NCBI GenBank assembly: GCA_963663545.1
Contig: OY760505.1
Coordinates: 1,888,001 to 1,952,000 of the forward strand
Direction: 5' to 3'
Length of the DNA: 64,000 nucleotides
Origin: Candidatus Delongbacteria bacterium
GTDB lineage: Bacteria > CAIWAD01
Shown: positions 40,278-54,023 of the stretch, piece after piece
Numbering within the stretch: the stretch's first letter is position 1
How the letters are laid out: the number at the start of each line of letters is the position of its first letter
Notes under the pieces: generated by a model
Seen by the model: only the letters and a program-made list of their open reading frames with translations
What the model was told of the DNA's origin: nothing
The model's database searches: none
Translations under genes and position numbers: made by a program

Positions 40278-42776
40278 TCAGGATTCCTCTCCCGATACCT
40301 CTCCTGGGTTTTCCGTCGTGTCTTCACTCGCATCCGAGCCGAAGGTTTCACGGTCCGCAAACACCCGATCCACAGAGGCGATGCGGTCACCTTCGTCAAG
40401 GCGAATCAGCTTTACGCCTTGAGTTGCCCGACCGATCACACGAATCTGATCAATCGGTTGACGGATCAATATACCTTTCTCTGTGATAATTATCAGGTCT
40501 AAATCATCGGTCACTTCTTTCATCGCCAGCATCTGGCCAGTACGCGGAGTTACCTTGACCGTCATGATTCCCTTGCCGCCGCGTTTTGTCACACGGTAGT
40601 CGGCAAGCGGGCTGCGTTTACCCAGACCCTTTTCTGTAACCACAAGAATCTGCGCATCGGTTTTGGCGGTGACCACCATGTCAACAACGCGCGCGCCCTC
40701 ATCCAACGTGATACCGCGAACACCTGCTGCGGTACGGCCCATCGGACGCACTTCGTCTTCTTTGAAGCGAATGGCCTTGCCCTCGTTAGTACCCAGCAGA
40801 ATCTCATGGCTACCGTCGGACAACTTGCAATCGATGAGGCGATCGCCTTCGACCACATTGACGGCATTGATGCCCGCCTTGCGCGGCCGACTGAAGGCTT
40901 CCAGCGAGGTCTTCTTGATCACACCCTGCGCCGTGGCCATGACGATAAACTTGTCTTCCTCGAAAGTCTTGACGTTGATCACCGCCGCAATCTTGCGCTC
41001 GCGCGGGATCTCCAGCAGGTTGACGATGGCGCGTCCCTTGCTGTTACGCCCCGCTTGCGGAATCTCGTGCACCTTCAGCCAGTAGCAGTGGCCGTCCTCG
41101 GTAAAGAAGAGCATGTAATTGTGCGTGGACGCAATGAAGAGGTGCTCGATGTGATCCTCTTCCTTGGTGGCAGCACCGGTAATGCCACGACCGCCGCGAT
41201 TCTGATTGCGGAAACCGGATACCGGGAAGCGCTTGATGTAACCATCATTGGACAGCGTCACCACGACATCCTCTTCAGCGATCATGTCCTCGATGGTGAA
41301 TTCCTTCTCGTCGGGCACAATCTCGGTACGACGCTTGTCACCGTAGCGATTGACTACGTCGTCCAACTCTTCCTTGATGATGGTGCGCTGGCGGCCTTCG
41401 TCGGCCAGAATCTGCTTGAGGTCAAAGATGAGCTCGCGCAGAGACTTCAGCTCGGCTTCCAGTTTGTCACGCTCTAGGCCGGTCAAGCGCTGCAGACGCA
41501 TGTCGAGGATGGCGCGGGCCTGAATTTCCGTCAGACCGAAGCGCTCCATCAAGCCATTGCGGGCGTCTTCCGGCGTGCGGCTGGCACGAATCAGCGCCAC
41601 CACTTCGTCGATGTTGTCCAGCGCAATCTTCAGACCTTCCAGGATGTGCGCACGATGCTCGGCTTTTTCCAGCTCGAAGCGCGTGCGGCGCACAACGACT
41701 TCCAGACGATGCAGCACATACTGCTCCATCACCTGCAGCAGATTGAGCACACGTGGCTGTCCCTTGACCAGCGCCAGCATGATGACGCCAAAGGTCGTCT
41801 GCATTTGCGTGTGCTTGTAAAGCTGGTTGAGCACCACCTTGGCCACGGCTTCACGCTTCAGCTCAATGACCAGGCGCGTTCCGTCGCGATCGGACTCATC
41901 GCGGATATCGCTGATCCCGGTGATCTTTCTGTCGCGGACCAGACGAACGATCTTCTCGATCAGCCGCGTCTTGTTAACCTGGTAGGGCATCTCGGTGACG
42001 ATGATGCTGTCCTTGTTGCCCTTACCGCTCTCGATGCTGGCACGGGCGCGAATGATCACGCGGCCGCGACCGGTGCGGTAGGCGTCCTCGATTCCCTGGC
42101 GTCCGTAAATAAAGGCGCCGGTGGGAAAATCCGGGCCCTTTACAAACTGCATCATATCGCCGACAGTGGCGGCGGGGTTGTCCAGCAGATGCTTGATGCC
42201 CTCCACCACTTCCGTCAGATTCTGCGGCGGGAAGTTGGTGGCCATACCCACGGCGATACCGGCGGAACCGTTCACCAGCAGGTTGGGAATGCGGCTGGGC
42301 AATACGCGCGGCTCCTGCAGCGAGCCGTCGTAGTTGGGCATGAAGTCGACGGTTTTCTTCTCGATGTCCAGCAGTACTTCCTCGGCCATCTTGTCCAGCC
42401 TGGCCTCAGTGTATCGCATGGCTGCGGCGCTGTCACCGTCGATGGAGCCGAAGTTGCCCTGGCCATCAATGAGCGGATAGCGCAGGCTGAAATCCTGCTC
42501 CATGCGCACCATGGTGTCGTAGATCGCGCTATCACCGTGGGGGTGATACTTACCCATGACTTCACCGACAATACGCGCGCTCTTCTTGAAGGGCTTGCCC
42601 GAGCTGAAGCCCAGTTCGTTCATTGCGAACAGGATGCGCCTGTGGACGGGCTTAAGGCCGTCGCGCACATCCGGCAAGGCACGCTGGACAATCACCGACA
42701 TGGAGTAGTCCAGGTACGAGTTCCGCATTTCGTCTTCGATGTTGACGTTGACGATCTGCTGTCCTTCACCAATCAT
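40278..42776 (-). CDS. gyrA: DNA gyrase subunit A
   Basis: [18 protein letters not shown] (catalytic Tyr), GyrA box QNRGGRG, beta-pinwheel repeats. Confidence 0.98.
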   Translation of the reverse strand: MIGEGQQIVNVNIEDEMRNSYLDYSMSVIVQRALPDVRDGLKPVHRRILFAMNELGFSSGKPFKKSARIVGEVMGKYHPHGDSAIYDTMVRMEQDFSLRYPLIDGQGNFGSIDGDSAAAMRYTEARLDKMAEEVLLDIEKKTVDFMPNYDGSLQEPRVLPSRIPNLLVNGSAGIAVGMATNFPPQNLTEVVEGIKHLLDNPAATVGDMMQFVKGPDFPTGAFIYGRQGIEDAYRTGRGRVIIRARASIESGKGNKDSIIVTEMPYQVNKTRLIEKIVRLVRDRKITGISDIRDESDRDGTRLVIELKREAVAKVVLNQLYKHTQMQTTFGVIMLALVKGQPRVLNLLQVMEQYVLHRLEVVVRRTRFELEKAEHRAHILEGLKIALDNIDEVVALIRASRTPEDARNGLMERFGLTEIQARAILDMRLQRLTGLERDKLEAELKSLRELIFDLKQILADEGRQRTIIKEELDDVVNRYGDKRRTEIVPDEKEFTIEDMIAEEDVVVTLSNDGYIKRFPVSGFRNQNRGGRGITGAATKEEDHIEHLFIASTHNYMLFFTEDGHCYWLKVHEIPQAGRNSKGRAIVNLLEIPRERKIAAVINVKTFEEDKFIVMATAQGVIKKTSLEAFSRPRKAGINAVNVVEGDRLIDCKLSDGSHEILLGTNEGKAIRFKEDEVRPMGRTAAGVRGITLDEGARVVDMVVTAKTDAQILVVTEKGLGKRSPLADYRVTKRGGKGIMTVKVTPRTGQMLAMKEVTDDLDLIIITEKGILIRQPIDQIRVIGRATQGVKLIRLDEGDRIASVDRVFADRETFGSDASEDTTENPGEVSGEES

Positions 42777-42819
42777 GATCTATCCTGGTCAAATTACCGT
42801 GATACAAACACGGCTTGTA

Positions 42820-45571
<2,752 letters not shown>

Positions 45572-45584
<13 letters not shown>

Positions 45585-46660
45585 TCACGATATTCGCCGC
45601 GCAAGCACTCCAGCACCTGCAAGTTGCCTTCTCCCAATACGCCCAGATGTCGCACGCTGGTTGTCGTAATCAGCATCTGAATCGCAGGGTCCACCGCAAG
45701 CGGAATCAGCGAAATGCGCTCGTCGTCCAGCTCGCCGAAAAGGTCATCCAACAGAAGCAGCGGTAGCTCGCCCGTCTGCCGATGCAAAACGGCTGTTTCG
45801 GCCAGCGTTAGGCAGAGCATAAACAGCTTGTGTTGACCCTGGCTTCCAAAGGTGCGCAACAAACGTCCGTGCAGCAGAAAATCCAGATCGTCGCGGTGTG
45901 GCCCCAACAGGGCGGTCCCCATGCGGCGATCCATCTCACGGTTGTCCCTTAGGACGCTGCGCACTTCCTCCAGCGATTTATCTCGCATCTGCGACTTGTA
46001 ACGCAAGTCGGCTGCACCTTCCTGCGCAAATCTCACGCGGTGCATCTCGTAAAACAGCGGCGTGAACTCCTTAAGAAAGCTCTCGCGTTTGGCCACCAGC
46101 TCAACACCACAGGTAGCGAGCTCGCGTTCCCAGACATCCAGCTCGCTTGAGCTGCCGCCCGTTTGCAAGAGCGCCCCACGCTGCTTCAACGCTCGCCTGT
46201 AGCGCATCATCAGATCCAGACTACTGGGGCTGACAATGGCCATGATGCGATCCAGAAAGCGCCGGCGAAGATCAGGTCCACCTTGACTGACAGACATTTT
46301 CTCTGGTGTGAGCGCAACCACTGGAAACTGGCCGAAATACTCCGATTGCTTTCCTACTGCCAGACCATCGAGTTCAAAGATCATGCGGCCATTTTCTCCC
46401 CGGACACCCGCCTTGCGCAGACCGCGTATCTCAGTGGAAAACTCGCCGTCAATATGAAATGCGGCCTGCCCCTCGCGTGTAAGCTGTCGGGTTCGGCCTT
46501 TGCGGAAGCTGCGCGTCTCACACATAAGATGCACAGCTTCCAGCAGGTTGGTTTTTCCTTGTCCGTTCGGACCGGTTATCGCCGTGCGACCTTCGCGAAA
46601 CACCAACTCAGCCGAGGCGATGTTGCGAAAATTCCGCAGGGTGATGGTGGTCAGTTTCAC
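45572..46660 (-). CDS. recF: DNA replication/repair protein RecF
   Basis: Motifs GPNGQGKTNLLEA, GPHRDD, GSQGQ, LLDDLFGELD. Confidence 0.96.
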
Positions 46661-47778
46661 GACCGCATCAAGCGCACCGGCATCAACAGCATCAGGAAGT
46701 CCTCTTCCTCGCCGTTGAGTTCCGGCAGAACCAGCGCAGCGCGATCGGAGCTGCCAAACTTGAAGACGACGTCGTCACTCTCAACGTGACGCAACATCTG
46801 ATCGATGTAGCTGGCGTTGAAAGCAATCTCCATGGCCTCGCCAGCGTAATCCACGTCCAGCTCGTTGCGCGCGCGGCTGCCATACTCATTGTCTTCAGCC
46901 GTGATGACCATGCTGTTCTCACTCAGGCTGAAGTTGATCTGGCGCGTAATGCTGTTGGCGCAATGGGCCACCTGCTTAATGGCACGGCTCAACGAAGAGC
47001 GCTTGCACTGCAGCAGATTCTCGTTTTGCGCGGGAATTACGCCCTCGTAGGCGGGATAACGTCCGTCGATCAGTCGGGTGAAAATGCGCACATCGCCAGC
47101 CTGGAAGACCAGATGACTTGTGGCCAGCCCCAGCTTGATTTCCTCATCGCTGTCCTGCAGCGCGCGGACCACCAGATTCAGCGCACGGCCCGGAATGACC
47201 AACGATCCCAGCTTCTCTTGTCCGGGCTGCGTAAAGTCCCGCAGACGCACCAGACGGTGTCCGTCGGTGGCAACCAGATTGAGACATTCGGCAGTGAACT
47301 CAAAGAGAATGCCCGTCAACACCGGACGCAGATCGTCACTTGACGTGGCAAAGAGTAGTCGCTCGATGTGATGGCGCAGGCGGCTGCCAGGAAAGCTTAG
47401 CTCGCTCTCGACAGCAATCTCCGGTAGCACCGGGAAATTCTCAGCGTTTTCGCCGGGAATGTGAAAGCTGCCCTGTCCGGACAAGATTTCCACGTGTCCA
47501 TGACGATCGAGCTGCAGCGTCAGCGGTAGATCGTCCAGTTCCTTGACGATGTCCACGAGCCGCTTGGCAGGAATGGCCAGATCGCCATCCTTTTCACCCT
47601 GTACCGTCATGACCGACGTGAGGGAGATTTCCAGATCGGTGGCACTCAAGGTGAGCTGATCGCCTTTGAGCTGGAAGAGGATGTTGTTGAGAATGGGATG
47701 AGTGGTCTTGCTCGGAACGACCGCGGACAGCTTCTGGATCTGAGCCAGGAAATCCTTCTGCGGAACGGTTAAACGCAT
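46657..47778 (-). CDS. dnaN: DNA polymerase III beta clamp
   Basis: Motifs ATDLE, ATDGHRL, LLMPVR. Likely start MRLTVPQ at 47778. Confidence 0.96.
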   Translation of the reverse strand: MRLTVPQKDFLAQIQKLSAVVPSKTTHPILNNILFQLKGDQLTLSATDLEISLTSVMTVQGEKDGDLAIPAKRLVDIVKELDDLPLTLQLDRHGHVEILSGQGSFHIPGENAENFPVLPEIAVESELSFPGSRLRHHIERLLFATSSDDLRPVLTGILFEFTAECLNLVATDGHRLVRLRDFTQPGQEKLGSLVIPGRALNLVVRALQDSDEEIKLGLATSHLVFQAGDVRIFTRLIDGRYPAYEGVIPAQNENLLQCKRSSLSRAIKQVAHCANSITRQINFSLSENSMVITAEDNEYGSRARNELDVDYAGEAMEIAFNASYIDQMLRHVESDDVVFKFGSSDRAALVLPELNGEEEDFLMLLMPVRLMRS

Positions 47779-48205
47779 GGTGAGTTGCCCCGATTTTGAT
47801 GATCTGAAATCAACCTGCTCTCTCGTACTCATCGTCGTGCGGAGGATACGGAGGATAACTCGGACACGTCCCCACGAGAAGCCTTGCAAACAGTGGCCAA
47901 GACGCCTTTTCGACGAGGGTTTTGACCTGTTGAAAGATGGAGGAAAAGGTAGCGAAAAGGCCTAGGTTTATCAACCTCGCAGAAGGCTCTAGGCCGCTGC
48001 TGCAGTGGTTTTCAACACTCTTTCCTCTAGCCCTCACCTCTTCTCCTCAGCCCATCGACACAGGGCTGTGGATAAGTTTTTTGACACTCGTTTGTGGCGA
48101 AGTCCAAAAGGCTCCGGTTTCGTCCGAAAATGACGACCATGTGATACAAAAACAAAAAGGAGAACACGCGAACATGCCCTCCTGTGCTACGTGAATGAGT
48201 TTGTA
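47779..48205. other. Putative oriC (dnaA-dnaN intergenic region)
   Basis: Perfect DnaA box TGTGGATAA at 48067..48075, near-match TTTTCAACA at 48009..48017, and tandem variant boxes plus NAN trios at 47822..47858. Confidence 0.75.
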
Positions 48206-49576
48206 TCACGCCTTCAGTTGGATATCCCGCATCAGGTCCGTGACATCAGTCTGAAAGGTTGGATCTTTGGACATAGTGTCTTCTACCGTCTTCACCGCAT
48301 GAATCACCGTTGAATGGTCGCGACGGCCGAAGTGCAGCGCGATGCCTCGCAGGCTGTGTTTGGTCAGCTTGTGACACAAATACATAGAGACCTGGCGAAT
48401 CATGGCAATTTCTTTCTTGCGACTGCGATCCTTCAGTTCCTGAACAGGCACGTTATAGAAGCGTGCGCAAGCTTCAGCGATGGTTTCCATGGAAACCTGC
48501 ACGCGACGCATAGGAGCGACTTCTTTGATAACCACGCGGGCCAGATCAACATCAATATCCCGTCCCATCAAGGCGCTATGGGCGATCAGTTTATTCAACG
48601 CGCCTTCGAGATCGCGCACGTTGGTGCTGATGTGATTTGCGAGATAATCTATGACGAGGGGATCAAGCGTCGTGCGTCGCTCTTCGGCACGTTTGCTCAG
48701 AATGGCAACACGTGTTTCATAGTCGGGCAAGGTTACTTCGGTGACCAGCCCTGAAGCAAATCGACTGGTCAGACGCTCATCAAGATCTTGCAGATCTTTT
48801 GGGGGCCGGTCAGAGGAAAGGATGATTTGCTTTCCCGCCTGATAGAGCGTATTGAAAGTGTGAAAGAACTCGGCCAGTGTGCGCTCTTTTCCCTGGAAGA
48901 ACTGAATGTCATCCAGGATCAGCATATCCACATTGCGATACAGGTGCGCAAAGTCTGTAGTGCGCTGCGTCCGGATAGACTGAATGAAGTGGTTGATGAA
49001 CTGCTCGCTTGTCACGTAAAGAACGCGCTCAAGCTGGCCGGATTGGATGCAGTAATTGCCCACAGCCTGAATCAGGTGTGTTTTTCCAAAACCGCTACCG
49101 CCGTAAACAAAAAAAGGATTGAACGGCGTCGTCTGCGGCGACTCGGCAATGGAACGGGCGGCGGCCAAAGCAAAGCGGTTGCTCTCGCCTTCGATGTAAT
49201 TGTCGAAGCGGTAGCGCTGATTCAGATTGGTAGCATGAGTTGGCGTACTGGCGCTGGGGGTAACCAGCGCACTTGCAGCCAGTTTTGGTGGTTCTTCTTC
49301 CTTGGCCACTTCGGGCTTGATAATGTGAAGCTCAACGCCTTCGCCTACAGATTGTATGAGCGCTCGGCGAATCAGCTCACGGTGGGTATTCATCAGGTAA
49401 TCGGTGAACGCCTTGGCCGGAGCCATGGCTGTCAGTGTCCTGCCATCAAATTTGACCGGCGTGAACTTATGGAACCAGATCTTGTTCAGGCGCTTGTTTG
49501 GAGCAATCTCGTCAACGGCCTGCGTGAAGCGGTTCCAACATTCGGACACGGTAGGACTTTGAGCTACAGAATTCAT
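48206..49576 (-). CDS. dnaA: Chromosomal replication initiator DnaA
   Basis: Motifs FNPFFVYGGSGFGKTHL, DDIQF, RLTSRF, NVRDLEGAL, RDHSTVIHA. Confidence 0.98.
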   Translation of the reverse strand: MNSVAQSPTVSECWNRFTQAVDEIAPNKRLNKIWFHKFTPVKFDGRTLTAMAPAKAFTDYLMNTHRELIRRALIQSVGEGVELHIIKPEVAKEEEPPKLAASALVTPSASTPTHATNLNQRYRFDNYIEGESNRFALAAARSIAESPQTTPFNPFFVYGGSGFGKTHLIQAVGNYCIQSGQLERVLYVTSEQFINHFIQSIRTQRTTDFAHLYRNVDMLILDDIQFFQGKERTLAEFFHTFNTLYQAGKQIILSSDRPPKDLQDLDERLTSRFASGLVTEVTLPDYETRVAILSKRAEERRTTLDPLVIDYLANHISTNVRDLEGALNKLIAHSALMGRDIDVDLARVVIKEVAPMRRVQVSMETIAEACARFYNVPVQELKDRSRKKEIAMIRQVSMYLCHKLTKHSLRGIALHFGRRDHSTVIHAVKTVEDTMSKDPTFQTDVTDLMRDIQLKA

Positions 49577-49587
49577 GGAATCCGTCT

Positions 49588-49607
49588 TTATTCACAAGTT
49601 ATCCACA
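49588..49607 (+). promoter_or_regulatory. Tandem DnaA boxes in the dnaA leader (autoregulation or bipartite origin)
   Basis: TTATTCACA at 49588..49596 and TTATCCACA at 49599..49607. Confidence 0.85.
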
Positions 49608-49637
49608 TTTTCGCCGCGTGGTTTCGCAACGGCCCTC

Positions 49638-49666
49638 AATATAGGTCTCGGCCTCTGTGCTGTCAA
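49638..49666 (-). promoter_or_regulatory. dnaA promoter
   Basis: TTGACA-N17-TATATT on the minus strand. Confidence 0.75.
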
Positions 49667-50230
49667 GGAAAACCTCCAGTGAGCAAAGGAGGAAACGCCG
49701 TTTTTCCGATATCTGTATACTTGTGCATTTTTAAGGGTATGTAATTTTGTGATTTAAAAGAGCTCCCATGGATTTTGTGACAGAAGAAGCATAACGGCAG
49801 ACTTTAGTATACAATAATGTGAATTCAGAAGGTAAGTGCTTCTCTTTCATGAAAGAGGCAATGTTAGTGGATATTTGTGCACAAATATTTAGTTCAATTT
49901 GATGTTTATCAAAATTTAGAATCCGATTCAGCAGGGGACTATGCCAGAATGGGGCAAAGGAGACCAGGTGTTGCAGGAAACGCAGTTTTCCTCTTGCTAT
50001 ACGGCCAATTCTTAGCCTGTATTGAATGTCTTGGAAGTTCAGAACCCTGGTTTGGTGTGTGCACAAGAATGTGTGATGGAAAGTGGACAGACTAAATTTT
50101 TGTTTTAGCAAAAGATGATCAGGGCTTGACCTAACCAATATGCTGTTTTATTTTGGCTTGCGTCTAAGTGCTGCAAAATTCGTGTTTTGAGCTTGGTGAT
50201 ACACGCCGGAGGTCAGAATTGAGATCAGGA

Positions 50231-50551
50231 ATGAAAACCTACATCAAGAAAGACATTGTGGAGCGCGTGATGGAACGAACCGGCTATAAACAGCCGGAAG
50301 TCGCTCGTACAGTGGATGCACTGTTCACAGAGCTTCGCGAGATCATGGCTGGTGCCATTCCGGAGTGCAGGATTGAGATCAGGGATTTTGGTGTGTTTGA
50401 GGTGAAGCGCACGAAAGCCAAACCGAAAGCACGGAATCCGAAAACCAACGAGATCGTGTATGTCCCCCCGCGGCGAAAAACACATTTCAAGCCTGGTAAG
50501 CTCTTGAAAGAGGCACTTCGTCAACCTTTGGGTGATGAAGACGAAGAATAG
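50231..50551 (+). CDS. HU/IHF family nucleoid protein
   Basis: IEIRDFGVFEV...ARNPKTNE.V.VP..R..HFKPGK. Confidence 0.92.
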   Translation: MKTYIKKDIVERVMERTGYKQPEVARTVDALFTELREIMAGAIPECRIEIRDFGVFEVKRTKAKPKARNPKTNEIVYVPPRRKTHFKPGKLLKEALRQPLGDEDEE

Positions 50552-50607
50552 CCACCACCAGCCAGCGTTGCCGGTTCCAGACGCACTTCTGGAACAGGAC
50601 GAGAATC

Positions 50608-50642
50608 AAAAAGGGCGTTAAGCTTATGCTTGACGCCCTTTT
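50608..50642. terminator. Bidirectional terminator between the HU/IHF and phosphatase genes
   Basis: AAAAAGGGCGTTAAGC-TTAT-GCTTGACGCCCTTTT. Confidence 0.8.
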
Positions 50643-50662
50643 GGTTGTAGATCAACAGCATT

Positions 50663-52051
50663 TCAATGCGTAGGCCACAGGTCAAAAACTGTCTGTGGAA
50701 TGTCAATATTATCGATAAACGCACCATAGCGAGGGTCTTCACTCTTGATGTGCGTGCGCAATGCGGCTGCTTGAGCACCGCGCGCATAGCAGAAAACAAG
50801 ATGATTGCTGTGGCTTCCTGAGTGCCAACTATGCGGGGCAATCTGTCCCTGTGACGAACATGTGACGCGTGGCCAACTTCCATCTGTATCTTTGCCACTA
50901 AGGCCACCGCATTCATGATCCGCAGTGACGATCAGCAGTGTTTCTTCCCAGTTTGAGTTATGGTCTACCCAGTCGACGACGGCCTCAACCGCCCGATTGA
51001 AATCAACAACCTCTTCGATCAGCCTTCCAGCGGCGTTGGCGTGTGATGCCCAATCAATCGCACCGCCTTCAATCATCAGAAAGAAGCCATCGCGATCCTG
51101 GTTGAGCACATTCAGACCGGCAAGGCTCATGAGAGCCAGGTCAGGCACTGTGCTAGTCAACGGAACTTCAAATGCACCATCGTTTCTGGGATCACCTTCT
51201 TCGCTGGCATACATCGAGCCATCTTTCTTTGTACCACTGTGCGCGGTTCTGCGGCCTTCCTGCAGAGTTTCAGCGACTTCGGGGATTCCAACCAATCGTG
51301 TCGGAAGCGTTCCACCCCGCGCCAAGCGACGGAAGTCTTGCAAGGAGCTGATAAAAGTCCAGGGGTCCGGTACGCCATCAGCATTTGCATCGCTGGCAGC
51401 GGTTCCCGTCATCAGTGAGTTCCACTGCTCAAACCCGCCTACATAGTTGTAACTGCCTTCGTCAAGCGTTGCAGGATCCCTGAGTTCTCCATTTGCGTCG
51501 AATAAAGGATGGCCGCAACCAATGATCACATCCAAACCACCAGCAAACATCTCTTGGGCGATTTCTGCGTAGTGCTTGCGGCTTTTATTATGTGCGCCGA
51601 ATCCGGCAGGAGTTGCGTGTGACAGCGGTACGGTTGAGATTACTCCGCTGGCTTTGCCCAGGGCTTCTGCGCGCTCGCACAGATTTTCAACCGCTTGCGT
51701 ATCGGGACTCATACCCAGCATGCCGTTCCAGGTTTTTGTAGCACAGGCAAGCGCTGTAGCCGCAGCTGCTGAATCGGTGTATCGACTGAGTAAACTGTCA
51801 GGATGTTGATCCGCGAGTTGCGGATCGTATCCTTCACTCAGATTATGGCTGTACGTAGTGCATGCAAGCTTCACAGGAAAACGGTCGTAAATCTGGCTTC
51901 CCTGGGTTCCATACTGATAGCAACTGGTCAGTGCCAGGTCGTTGTAGCTGCAGCCGTCGGCGATCATCAAAATCACATTGCGTGGCGGCGATGCCACAAC
52001 ATGGGAGGTCAGCATCAGCAGCAGTCCACCTAGTAACGGCACTCGGGACAT
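50663..52051 (-). CDS. phoA: Alkaline phosphatase (PhoA family)
   Basis: Motifs NVILMIADG, TDSAAAATA, HATPA, EGGAIDWASH, TADHE. Confidence 0.9.
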   Translation of the reverse strand: MSRVPLLGGLLLMLTSHVVASPPRNVILMIADGCSYNDLALTSCYQYGTQGSQIYDRFPVKLACTTYSHNLSEGYDPQLADQHPDSLLSRYTDSAAAATALACATKTWNGMLGMSPDTQAVENLCERAEALGKASGVISTVPLSHATPAGFGAHNKSRKHYAEIAQEMFAGGLDVIIGCGHPLFDANGELRDPATLDEGSYNYVGGFEQWNSLMTGTAASDANADGVPDPWTFISSLQDFRRLARGGTLPTRLVGIPEVAETLQEGRRTAHSGTKKDGSMYASEEGDPRNDGAFEVPLTSTVPDLALMSLAGLNVLNQDRDGFFLMIEGGAIDWASHANAAGRLIEEVVDFNRAVEAVVDWVDHNSNWEETLLIVTADHECGGLSGKDTDGSWPRVTCSSQGQIAPHSWHSGSHSNHLVFCYARGAQAAALRTHIKSEDPRYGAFIDNIDIPQTVFDLWPTH

Positions 52052-52069
52052 GCGTTCTCCTTTCGTGTA

Positions 52070-53344
52070 TCACATGCGGTACTGAACCGCAAGACGTACG
52101 GTCACTCTTGTATCACCCGTGGTGATCCGATAATAATCTTCGTCTTCCCAGGTCGGGTCAAGATAGGAGTACTCCATGTCCTCCCAGTTAACAGAAAGCT
52201 GCAGCGCCAGTACCTGGTCAAACAGATAGCCCGCCCCTAGTCCAAAGCCCCAATGCGGGCTTTCGCTCTCGTAGTTCCAGTAGGAATAGTAGGTGTCCTC
52301 ATCTGCGCGCTGTATCACGCTGTCGCTGAAAGGAAGTGTCCGGTACCAGATTCCTGTTCGCAGCATCAGATCTGTGTCGGGTATGGAGTATTCGCCGCCA
52401 CAGGCAATGAGATGAGTTCCTTGGTAGCCCTTCTCGATTGCCATATTGCTCAGCACTTGGGCCATTCCGGCCGGCAAATCTGTGTACTCGGCCGTTGCCC
52501 AGTCCTGCCAGGTCCAACTGGCGCCCACCTGCCAGAAGCGCTCACGCCAACTGATTCCCAGGCCAAGTTCCAGAGGCAGGCGTATGCCGTAATTGTTGCC
52601 ATAAAGACCAGGACTGTCTGGGCCTTCCACCAGCTTGCGCGACCACTCCACATCCAACTTGATTGGAGGTTGTATCACACCGCTGATACGCAGCGGCCCT
52701 CCCGGCGTGAAACAGCCTCCCAGCCGTACGCCAATTCCGCTCATCTCCAGTTTGTCCAGCTCGCGGATAAACAAACTGCGCTCTTCGTAGCGGCTGAAAA
52801 GGGACTCATACTCGTCTCTGTGATACATCAGTGTAAGTCCCGCATGAAAAGTGCGCGAGACCTGTCCGGCCAATGCTGCGTAATACACAGTGCTGGCACC
52901 AGTGTCGTCCAGCTCGTCCTGAAGGGTTGCGGCGCGTATACTTTCCTGCCGGTCGAAATCCCGCAATCGGGCATAACCAAACGCCCATACCAGGCTGCCG
53001 CGATAAACAGGAACAGGGTATGTGGCGCTTAGGTGATCCAATTTTACATAGGCTAAATCTGCATCTGTATCACGGCCATCCAGTTGATAGCGTGATGTGA
53101 TACGCGAACTGCCACGCAGAATAGAACCGCTGATTTCAGTTCGCCTCAGCCAGGAAAGATTGGCAGGATTCCACAGTGCGGCACTGCCATCGTCAACCAT
53201 AGCCAGCCCTACCTGACCCAATCCGGCTGCGCGAGCCCCAAGGGAGGAGGGATGGCGCGCATAGAGACTCAGGAGATCTTCCCCACTGGAGATCGAGGCA
53301 AACAGTAGGAGCCCGCCTGCGAAAAGCGTGTTACACAGCTTCAT
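52070..53344 (-). CDS. Outer-membrane beta-barrel, FadL/OmpP1/PorV-like
   Basis: Signal peptide; GARAAGLG...A..DD.SA..WNPA.L; C-terminal YRM. Confidence 0.75.
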   Translation of the reverse strand: MKLCNTLFAGGLLLFASISSGEDLLSLYARHPSSLGARAAGLGQVGLAMVDDGSAALWNPANLSWLRRTEISGSILRGSSRITSRYQLDGRDTDADLAYVKLDHLSATYPVPVYRGSLVWAFGYARLRDFDRQESIRAATLQDELDDTGASTVYYAALAGQVSRTFHAGLTLMYHRDEYESLFSRYEERSLFIRELDKLEMSGIGVRLGGCFTPGGPLRISGVIQPPIKLDVEWSRKLVEGPDSPGLYGNNYGIRLPLELGLGISWRERFWQVGASWTWQDWATAEYTDLPAGMAQVLSNMAIEKGYQGTHLIACGGEYSIPDTDLMLRTGIWYRTLPFSDSVIQRADEDTYYSYWNYESESPHWGFGLGAGYLFDQVLALQLSVNWEDMEYSYLDPTWEDEDYYRITTGDTRVTVRLAVQYRM

Positions 53345-53886
53345 TTTTTGCTCCTGGATGACGACGGCGTATTCTGCTTCTTCTCATCCTCTTTTGGCGT
53401 TTCCGGTTGAGCTTTAGCTCTCGGCAATCTCACTGGACCCGTTTGTTTCTTGCTCGAATCAGCAACAGCCGGAACAACGGGAGTAACTCCACCCGTCTGC
53501 CCTTGAGTCGTTGGCAAATCCGTGATACGCTCGTAGATCACAGGGGAAGGTAGCTCCGGCTCTGTGGTTGTTTCGGGTACTGTTGTGCCGACAATGGTTG
53601 CCGTGCTACTGGAGGATGCACCTCCGTCACGCCACCACGCCGAAGACTGAAAAATCTGCCAGTTGTCCATGGCCTGCTGGTCCAACTGGTAGTGTACCCA
53701 CCACGTGTCGTACTCCGGTGCGCGCAAGGGCATGGTTTCGTGGCAGGACAAGCAATTTGAATTGCGTGAGGGGATTGTGGCTCGAAAGGCTTCATCGTGG
53801 GTTTCGGGGTGCTGTATCACGGTGTAGCACGAAAGCAGTGAGATGCCAAGGCCCAAAAGGAGCAAGGCCAATGAAACTCGTCGCAT
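53341..53886 (-). CDS. Lipoprotein with a single CxxCH motif and low-complexity tail
   Basis: Lipobox LLSC; CLSCH; Pro/Thr/Lys-rich C-terminus. Confidence 0.65.
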   Translation of the reverse strand: MRRVSLALLLLGLGISLLSCYTVIQHPETHDEAFRATIPSRNSNCLSCHETMPLRAPEYDTWWVHYQLDQQAMDNWQIFQSSAWWRDGGASSSSTATIVGTTVPETTTEPELPSPVIYERITDLPTTQGQTGGVTPVVPAVADSSKKQTGPVRLPRAKAQPETPKEDEKKQNTPSSSRSKK

Positions 53887-54023
53887 AAAGCCTCCCGGAA
53901 AAAGCGCCAGATCTGATCCATACTATGTAAGAAATGCGGTGCAAGAGAAGGGCTCCCACACCGCACAACTCAAGTTCTTCAGCTTTGACAGAAACACTCA
54001 CGCTCGCTGGCGGCAGCGTTAAC

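Noticed and set aside
47779..47889. N-terminal extension of DnaN
   Set aside because: It runs through origin elements; the family alignment starts at MRLTV (47778).
49731..50138. 135-aa ORF in the AT-rich spacer
   Set aside because: No RBS or recognisable motif, and atypical composition.
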